A stretch of DNA of 24,000 nucleotides from Varunaivibrio sulfuroxidans (GTDB lineage Bacteria > Pseudomonadota > Alphaproteobacteria > Rhodospirillales > Magnetovibrionaceae): assembly GCF_029318635.1 (NCBI RefSeq), contig NZ_CP119676.1, positions 488,614 to 512,613 of the forward strand, given 5' to 3'. The translations under genes and the position numbers were made by a program. Of this stretch, positions 16,425-22,377 are shown in pieces; the stretch's first letter is position 1, and each line of letters opens with the position of its first letter. Under the pieces are notes generated by a model, which was not told the DNA's origin, made no database searches, and worked only from the letters and a program-made list of their open reading frames with translations.

Positions 16425-18772
16425 CCAGGTCTTCACTCAACATCATCATTGCCGGCAATCCAAATTGTGGCAAGACGACGCTGTTCAACGCCCTCACCGG
16501 AGCGCGCCAGCGCGTCGGAAATTGGCCCGGCGTCACCGTCGATCGCAAGACCGGGCGCTATCACGATGGCGGCCCGGTCCACGTCGTCGATTTGCCGGGC
16601 GTCTACACGCTGGGCGCGCTGCCCGGCATGGAATCCCTCGACGAACGCATCGCGCAGGACGCCATCCTCCAGGGTGACGCGCAGGTTCTCGTCAACGTGG
16701 TCGATGCCACCAATCTGGAGCGTAATCTGTATTTGACGGCGCAACTCCTCGAAATGAATATTCCGATGGTCGTCGCCGTCAACATGATGGACCTGTCGCG
16801 CAAGCAGGGCATCGCGGTGGACGTGAAGCATCTGGCCGAACATCTGGGGTGCCGGGTGGTTCCCCTGGTGGCCAGCCGTAAAGGGGGGATCGATGAATTG
16901 AAGACGGCGATCCGGGAAACGGCGGCGGAACGCCGAGCGCCCTCCGCCCGCATCGGATACGGCCAACTTCTGGAAAAAGCGATCCGGGACATCACCCCTC
17001 TCATCGCCGATGCGGCCTCGACCCACGCCGTGCCGCCGCGTTGGCTCGCCGTAAAATTGCTCGAAGGCGACGCCGCGGCCGCCGCCATGGCGGGGCCGGT
17101 CGTGATCCCCGACCTGACGCACGTGGCGGCGGTCGTCGCGGACGAACTCGGCGAGGATATCGACATCCTGATCGCCGACGCCCGTTACGCCTTCGCCAAC
17201 GGGCTGGCCCACCATGTCGTTAAAAAAACGGGCGCCATGCGGCGCTCCAGCTCGGACATCCTGGATAAGATCGTCCTCAACCGTTGGTTCGGATTGCCGA
17301 TCTTCCTAGGGGTAATGTATCTGATGTTCATGTTCACGATCAACCTGGGGGGCGTCTTCGTCGATTTTTTCGACATCGCGGCGAAAACCGTTTTCGTCGA
17401 TGGCGTGGGGACCATATTGACGGCGCTGGGCAGCCCCGACTGGCTGCGCGTGGTGCTCGCCGACGGGTTTGGCGGCGGTATCCAAGTCGTCGCCACCTTC
17501 ATCCCCATTATTGGTTTTCTCTACCTTTTCCTCTCGGTGCTTGAAGATACCGGTTACATGGCGCGGGCGGCCTTTTTGATGGACCGCTACATGCGCCTCA
17601 TCGGCTTGCCCGGCAAGGCCTTCGTACCATTGATCGTCGGCTTCGGCTGCAACGTGCCGGCGATCATGGCGACGCGCACGCTCGAACAGCAACGCGACCG
17701 GATCATGTCGGTGATGATGACCCCCTTCATGTCCTGTGGCGCGCGTCTGGCGGTCTACGCCCTGTTCACCGCCGCCTTCTTTCCCGTCGGCGGCCAAAAC
17801 GTCGTCTTCGGGCTTTATATCATCGGCATCGCGGTCGCGATCGGCACCGGGTTTCTGCTCAAGCATACCCTCCTAAAGGGCGAAACCACGGCTTTCGTCA
17901 TGGAGCTTCCGCCCTATCACGCCCCCAACCCCAAGGGGATTGCGCTGCAGGCCTGGAGCCGACTGAAAAGTTTCATCTTCGGCGCTGGGAAGATCATCGT
18001 CGTGGTCGTCGCGATGATGAGCTTTTTGAATTCGCTCAGCCCCAACGGCACCTTCGGCCACGAGGATAGCGACCGCTCTGTTCTAAGCGCCGTCGGGCGC
18101 GCCATCGTCCCGGTTTTTGGTCCCCTCGGCATCAAGGACGACAATTGGCCGGCGACGGTCGGCGTTTTCACCGGCGTCTTCGCCAAGGAAGCGGTTGTCG
18201 GCACCCTGAGCGCGCTCTACTCCTCCTTGGGCAAGGCGGAAAACGTCGCGGGAGCCGCGACGGCCGACCACGAAGGCAACGCGCCCTATGATCTTTTCGC
18301 CGGACTGGGGGCCGCCATATCCACCATCCCGAGGAACTTCGCCGCCCTCGGTGATTTGGTCACCGACCCGCTGGGGATCGGCGCCGCCGGCGTCGATAGC
18401 GTCCAGGGCGCGGCCAAGGCCAATGGCGTCTCGCTCGACACCTTCGGGGCCATGGTTTCGCGTTTCGACGGCGCCGCCGGGGCCATGGCCTATATGCTGT
18501 TGATCCTTCTCTATATCCCCTGCGCGGCGGCGCTAGGGGCCATCAACCGGGAGGTCGGGGGGCGCTGGACGGTGTTCTCCTCGGCCTGGACCCTGGGCAT
18601 CGCCTATGGGGTATCGGTCGGGTTTTATCAGGCGGCCACCTTCACCCGCCACCCGCAATCCTCATCGGTCTGGATCGGCGGTCTGGTTCTGGGCCTGGCG
18701 GCGGTCATTGCGATCATGCGGATCGTCGGGCAGCGCCGCGACCCGAAAATTCGCATATTGGCGGCGGAGTAA
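16421..18772 (+). CDS. feoB: Ferrous iron transporter FeoB
   Basis: N-terminal G-domain motifs are GNPNCGKTTLFNALTG (G1), GVTV (G2), DLPG (G3) and NMMD (G4). A polytopic membrane domain follows. The 783-aa length is typical. Confidence 0.97.
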   Translation: MTRSSLNIIIAGNPNCGKTTLFNALTGARQRVGNWPGVTVDRKTGRYHDGGPVHVVDLPGVYTLGALPGMESLDERIAQDAILQGDAQVLVNVVDATNLERNLYLTAQLLEMNIPMVVAVNMMDLSRKQGIAVDVKHLAEHLGCRVVPLVASRKGGIDELKTAIRETAAERRAPSARIGYGQLLEKAIRDITPLIADAASTHAVPPRWLAVKLLEGDAAAAAMAGPVVIPDLTHVAAVVADELGEDIDILIADARYAFANGLAHHVVKKTGAMRRSSSDILDKIVLNRWFGLPIFLGVMYLMFMFTINLGGVFVDFFDIAAKTVFVDGVGTILTALGSPDWLRVVLADGFGGGIQVVATFIPIIGFLYLFLSVLEDTGYMARAAFLMDRYMRLIGLPGKAFVPLIVGFGCNVPAIMATRTLEQQRDRIMSVMMTPFMSCGARLAVYALFTAAFFPVGGQNVVFGLYIIGIAVAIGTGFLLKHTLLKGETTAFVMELPPYHAPNPKGIALQAWSRLKSFIFGAGKIIVVVVAMMSFLNSLSPNGTFGHEDSDRSVLSAVGRAIVPVFGPLGIKDDNWPATVGVFTGVFAKEAVVGTLSALYSSLGKAENVAGAATADHEGNAPYDLFAGLGAAISTIPRNFAALGDLVTDPLGIGAAGVDSVQGAAKANGVSLDTFGAMVSRFDGAAGAMAYMLLILLYIPCAAALGAINREVGGRWTVFSSAWTLGIAYGVSVGFYQAATFTRHPQSSSVWIGGLVLGLAAVIAIMRIVGQRRDPKIRILAAE

Positions 18773-18775
18773 GCG

Positions 18776-19000
18776 ATGATCCTGTCGGACCTTAAGTCTT
18801 ATCTTTCGAAACGAAAGCGCGCCCCGATCGGCGATCTGGTCAACCGCTTCGACGCCGAACCCGACGCCCTCCGCGGCATGCTGGACCACTTTATCCGAAA
18901 GGGTCAGGCGCGCCGCCTGGACAGTGACGGCGGCGCCTGCGGGGGCTGCCAAAAATGCGCCCCCCTCACCGTGGAAATTTATGAATGGACCGGAAAATAA
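18776..19000 (+). CDS. feoC: FeoC-like small winged-helix protein
   Basis: It starts 3 nt after the feoB stop and is 74 aa long. The N-terminal helix pattern LSDLKSYLSKRKRAPIGDLVNRF...MLDHFIRKGQA and the C-terminal Cys cluster CGGCQKC followed by ...EW resemble E. coli FeoC/YhgG as I remember it. Confidence 0.7.
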   Translation: MILSDLKSYLSKRKRAPIGDLVNRFDAEPDALRGMLDHFIRKGQARRLDSDGGACGGCQKCAPLTVEIYEWTGK

Positions 19001-19319
19001 ACCGGCCGTGAGACATCGTGCGATAAAAGGGGGGGTATTACCTTTTGCCGATGAAGCCTTTGGGAAGTTATTCGCAAGTATCGGGCCTCTTGGGTTTATG
19101 TCTCGCATTCAGTTTGAAAATTTAGACAGCACAGTTCGTGTGCTCATCGACCGTGCGATACGACAGAGAATATCCAATACGGGCTGAATTTTCTCCGGGC
19201 AGCGTTCTCGAACTTCCGATTGAGCCGCCCCTAAATTGACGAGGTCTTCATTCTCCCACGCCCTACAGTCAGACGTTGTCATGCTATGTTAGAGCGTTTC
19301 CCGACGTAAACGCGGGTCG

Positions 19320-19418
19320 CACGCCACGGGGAAGGTTACGAACCACGTACCTGTTCGGTGCGCCCGGACGCTTCCGCCGCAGGCCAGGGAATTCATCATG
19401 TCTTTCACGCCACGGGGA
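19320..19418. repeat. Pair of exact 13-nt direct repeats, CACGCCACGGGGA, at 19320-19332 and 19406-19418
   Basis: Read directly from the sequence. The copies start 86 nt apart inside a gene-free gap, and their flanks are unrelated. Confidence 0.9.
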
Positions 19419-19487
19419 TAGTCGCCGGAAGTCCGGGACTGTTGGGAGGTTTATGTTTTTATGAAGATCGGATGCTTGGCGCGGAGA

Positions 19488-19563
19488 TGGCGACCCCAAC
19501 GGGATTCGAACCCGTGTTGCCGCCGTGAAAGGGCGGTGTCCTAGGCCTCTAGACGATGGGGTC
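19488..19563 (-). tRNA. tRNA-Glu (anticodon UUC), 76 nt with encoded CCA
   Basis: - The reverse complement is GACCCCATCGTCTAGAGGCCTAGGACACCGCCCTTTCACGGCGGCAACACGGGTTCGAATCCCGTTGGGGTCGCCA.
- It folds as a cloverleaf: acceptor GACCCCA/TGGGGTC, anticodon stem CCGCC/GGCGG with loop CTTTCAC, T-arm ACGGG-TTCGAAT-CCCGT.
- It is close to E. coli tRNA-Glu as I remember it. Confidence 0.95.
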
Positions 19564-19657
19564 ATCGACTGTGGTGGAGCGTTAGGTAAACGGACTTGCG
19601 GGCAAAATCAAGCGCAAACTGAAAACAAAAGGGACATTTATGTTTGATCGTCGGGCG

Positions 19658-19686
19658 TTACCGCGTAAATTGCCTTTTGATATATT
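19658..19686 (+). promoter_or_regulatory. Candidate sigma70-type promoter for the phosphofructokinase gene
   Basis: TTACCG (19658-19663), a 17-nt spacer, then TATATT (19681-19686), about 95 nt upstream of ATG 19780. The -35 matches only 3 of 6. Confidence 0.3.
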
Positions 19687-19779
19687 AGCAATTGCACGAA
19701 ATGGGTGTGTCTCCTAAAATCGGCGCGCAACTTTCGTTCCACAATTCAATCCCATGCGAAATTTTAGGGGGGGCTACAT

Positions 19780-21003
19780 ATGCTCAAGGGCAAAGTTCTT
19801 ATCGCCCAAGGCGGCGGACCGACCGCCGTGATCAACCAATCTCTTGTCGGCGCGGTCCTTGAGGCGCGCAATTTCGCCGGTGTCGAGCACGTTTACGGCG
19901 CGCGCCACGGCGTCAGCGGCATTATCAATGAAGATTTTCTCGACTTGTCTCGCGAAACGCTGGAAAATCTCGAAGCGGTTGCGGACACGCCGTGTTCCGC
20001 ATTGGGCTCCACCCGGGACAAACCCGACGTCAAATACTGTAAGGACATTTTCAAGGTCCTTCAGGCTCATGATATCGGCACCTTTTTTTATATCGGCGGC
20101 AACGATTCGTCGGACACGCTGCGCATCCTCAGCGAGGAAGCCGTCAAGGCTAAGTACGCCCTGCGCTGCATCCATATTCCCAAGACCATCGACAACGACC
20201 TTACGGTCAACGACCACACCCCGGGCTTCCCCTCCGCGGCGCGCTTCGTCGCCAGCGCCTTCGCTGGGATCAACCAGGATAACGCCGCCCTCAAGGGCGT
20301 TTACGTCGGCGTCGTGATGGGCCGCCACGCCGGTTTTCTGACCGCCGCCGCCGCGGGCGCCAAGCTCTATAGCGACGATGGACCGCATCTGATTTATCTT
20401 CCCGAAAGCACCTTCGACATGACCGCCTTCGTCAAGGATGTGAAAAGGATATACGACAAGCTCGGGCGCTGCGTGATCGCCGTCTCGGAAGGCATTCACG
20501 ACGCCAAGGGTACGCCGATCATCACCAAACTGGCGAAAGACGTCGAACGCGACGCCCACGGCAACATTCAACTTTCCGGCACCGGGGCGCTGGCCGATCT
20601 TCTGTGCGACCAGATCAAGGAGAAAACCGGCATCACCCGCGTACGCGGCGATACCTTCGGCTATCTGCAACGCTCGTTCTTGGGCTGCGTGTCCGATGTC
20701 GATCGCATCGAAGCGCGTGAAGTCGGCCGTAAGGCCGCCCTGTTCGCCAATTATAGCGACCGCGCCCACGGCACGGTGACCATCCATCGGGTTGGCGATT
20801 ACGCCGTCGAGTACAAGCTGTCGCAATTGAAGGACGTCGCGGGCAAAACCAAGGTCATGCACAAATCCTTCATCAACCGCGAGGCCAATGGCGTAACCGC
20901 GAAGTTTATGGACTATCTGGCGCCGCTATTGGGTTCGAACATGCCGGTGGCTTCCCGGCTCGATATGTCCAACGGCGTGCCTAAAATTCTGACCAAGAAA
21001 TAA
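19780..21003 (+). CDS. pfp: Pyrophosphate-dependent 6-phosphofructokinase (diphosphate--fructose-6-phosphate 1-phosphotransferase)
   Basis: PFK family motifs are AQGGGPTAVIN, FYIGGNDSSDT, IPKTIDNDL and MGRHAGFLT. It has Asp where E. coli PfkA has Gly104 (GGNDS) and Lys where PfkA has Gly124 (PKTIDND). Those are the known PPi-specificity determinants. Confidence 0.85.
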   Translation: MLKGKVLIAQGGGPTAVINQSLVGAVLEARNFAGVEHVYGARHGVSGIINEDFLDLSRETLENLEAVADTPCSALGSTRDKPDVKYCKDIFKVLQAHDIGTFFYIGGNDSSDTLRILSEEAVKAKYALRCIHIPKTIDNDLTVNDHTPGFPSAARFVASAFAGINQDNAALKGVYVGVVMGRHAGFLTAAAAGAKLYSDDGPHLIYLPESTFDMTAFVKDVKRIYDKLGRCVIAVSEGIHDAKGTPIITKLAKDVERDAHGNIQLSGTGALADLLCDQIKEKTGITRVRGDTFGYLQRSFLGCVSDVDRIEAREVGRKAALFANYSDRAHGTVTIHRVGDYAVEYKLSQLKDVAGKTKVMHKSFINREANGVTAKFMDYLAPLLGSNMPVASRLDMSNGVPKILTKK

Positions 21004-21045
21004 ACCGGACAAACCGATAACGATGGCGATTATCGACGCGATGGG

Positions 21046-21076
21046 AAAAAGGCCGACACAAGCGCCGGCCTTTTTT
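21046..21076. terminator. Bidirectional rho-independent terminator between convergent pfp and the glycosyltransferase-like gene
   Basis: AAAAAGGCCG, a 10-nt loop, then CGGCCTTTTT plus one further T (TTTTTT in all). The GC core stem GGCCG/CGGCC is flanked by an A-tract on one side and a T-tract on the other, so it reads as hairpin plus U-tract on both strands. A second small hairpin, CGATAA/TTATCG, lies at 21015-21035. Confidence 0.6.
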
Positions 21077-21114
21077 CTATTTTTCCCGAATCTGGCCCTT
21101 TTTCCATTCACGCC

Positions 21115-22338
21115 CTAACGTCTTTTACGCCGCCCCTGTTTTTTCCCCGTGTCGGTTTGGCCGGACGGCGGTTTTTCACCCGTCGCGACGAGGCAGGCGT
21201 TGAAGACCCTTTTCAAGGACCCTCGGCGGTCCATCTTTTCCGCCCATTGCCAGGCCGTCGGGTTCAACGCTAGGGCCAGACCGACCAATTCGATGGCGCC
21301 ATCTTGACAAGCCGCCCCGTAACATACCGCGCCGACACCAAGTTTTTCGATTTTTTCGGCGATCACAAATTGCCCCGGCGTTTGTGGCAAGACCACTTGG
21401 GAGCGCCCCAGCGACAGACATATCCCGGCCAACGTAGGATTGCCGTCATGAATAACGATCAAGGCCTTCCCCGCCTCGTCCTCGCCATCGCCGGGGCGCG
21501 GCAACAGATGGACATCACGCCATGCCATCGCCGAAAGAAAATCCCGCGATACCCCCTCGATATATGCGCGGACGGGCATCGTGAATTGTCCAAGGGCGTT
21601 CATCAAAAAATCCACCGTATGCACGTCGCTTTTGACATGGACGTAGGCCCCCGCCCCGGACGGCGCCGCCGCAGGACCGGGAACCGACAACAACGGTCCC
21701 ACGGCCTTAGGTCGGCGGACATCATCGTAGAAATCAAACTGGGGGAGGTCCAAAACAAAGCGGTCCACGCAGGCGTTGGTGATGTCGCTCAGTAAATTAA
21801 TCTCCGGCTCGCCCAAGCCCGCCAAGGCTTGATTGACGACATGGACCAATCCCTGTTCCCGCGCCGGTGGGGCCGCGGCGCCCCATAAGGTCGGATAACG
21901 TCCGGACTCTGTGATCGCCGGTAGGGTCCCCTCCTTCCCCAACGCGATCACGGGGGCGCGACCACGGGCCGCAATCATCAATCCCGGACTATCGTAGGCC
22001 ACGACCAACGCCGGACGATGAAATTCGATCAAGGTGCGCCAACGATCAACCTGTGTCGTTATGGCCGCACCGTCGGCGATTCCCAGTTTGACCAAATAAT
22101 GCACATAATCGGGGTACGCCATGGGATCGGGTTGCGGCGCGCCCCGTCCGGCACGCCAAACCGGGGCCTGTAACACGGAAAACCCTTGTTGACGCAAAAT
22201 CACCATGGGGCGGTTGCAATCGCGCAAGACGAAAACCGGGGTATGACCATGGAGTCGCAAACGATTGGCGATCGGAAGAAGCACATTGACGGGATCGAGC
22301 CCGGTCGATACTTCCGCGGCCAAAAAGACCGTGGCCAT
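21115..22338 (-). CDS. GT-B fold glycosyltransferase-like protein (GT1/MGT-like, divergent)
   Basis: - A GAGGGG Shine-Dalgarno lies about 8 nt upstream of the ATG at 22338.
- The N-terminal Rossmann-like start VFLAAEVSTGLDPVNVLLPIANRLRLHGHTPVFV is like the GT1/GT28 N-domain.
- The C-terminal block LIVIHDGNPTLAGICLSLGRSQVVLPQTPGQFVIAEKIEKLGVG parallels the GT1 donor-binding motif (xxHHGGxGTxxxALxxGxPxxxxPxxxDQxxNAxxxxxxGxG). Confidence 0.55.
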   Translation of the reverse strand: MATVFLAAEVSTGLDPVNVLLPIANRLRLHGHTPVFVLRDCNRPMVILRQQGFSVLQAPVWRAGRGAPQPDPMAYPDYVHYLVKLGIADGAAITTQVDRWRTLIEFHRPALVVAYDSPGLMIAARGRAPVIALGKEGTLPAITESGRYPTLWGAAAPPAREQGLVHVVNQALAGLGEPEINLLSDITNACVDRFVLDLPQFDFYDDVRRPKAVGPLLSVPGPAAAPSGAGAYVHVKSDVHTVDFLMNALGQFTMPVRAYIEGVSRDFLSAMAWRDVHLLPRPGDGEDEAGKALIVIHDGNPTLAGICLSLGRSQVVLPQTPGQFVIAEKIEKLGVGAVCYGAACQDGAIELVGLALALNPTAWQWAEKMDRRGSLKRVFNACLVATGEKPPSGQTDTGKKQGRRKRR

Positions 22339-22377
22339 GCCCTACCCCTCGCTATTGTGGATGATTATCGCGAATAC

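Noticed and set aside
19051-19125. 24-codon hydrophobic mini-ORF, MKPLGSYSQVSGLLGLCLAFSLKI, downstream of feoC.
   Set aside because: There is no Shine-Dalgarno at a usable distance, since the G-run lies ~15-22 nt upstream. It is too short to evaluate from sequence alone.
19165-19179. AGAGAATATCCAATA shares the heptamer GAGAATA with the feoA Fur-like box. That suggested a Fur-controlled small RNA in the gap.
   Set aside because: It matches only 7 of 14 positions of the 7-1-7 Fur consensus, with the second half-site essentially absent. That is not distinguishable from chance.
19427-19439. GGAAGTCCGGGAC resembles the GGAAAGTCCGGGC P4 core of bacterial RNase P RNA. The GGAA within it also recalls the SRP RNA tetraloop.
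   Set aside because: Only 48 nt separate it from the tRNA on the plus strand, and the complementary ACAGAACCCGGCTTA-type 3' element is absent, so a ~350-400-nt RNase P RNA cannot fit. The SRP core GGAAGCAGCC is also absent. The segment simply forms a local CCGG/CCGG hairpin.
19564-19580. CGCTCCACCA on the minus strand, immediately 5' of tRNA-Glu. It looked like the 3' end of a second tRNA or of a tmRNA acceptor piece.
   Set aside because: The preceding 70 nt have no T-arm (no GTTCRANYC-type loop with flanking 5-bp stems) and no acceptor-stem complement. No alanine-rich tag reading frame was found nearby.
19774-20862. Very long antisense ORFs lying entirely inside real genes. Examples are 19774-20862 (362 aa, opposite pfp), 16433-17215 (opposite feoB), 9991-10845 (opposite patatin), 6896-7699 (opposite the kinase), 4378-5043 (opposite the EAL gene) and 18662-19108 (opposite feoC).
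   Set aside because: I checked the arithmetic. Each is in the codon-aligned antisense frame of the real gene, so its triplets are exact reverse complements of sense codons. In that frame a stop arises only from the sense codons TTA, CTA and TCA, which GC-rich genes rarely use. The translations are low-complexity and Arg/Gly/Ala-rich, with no family signatures.
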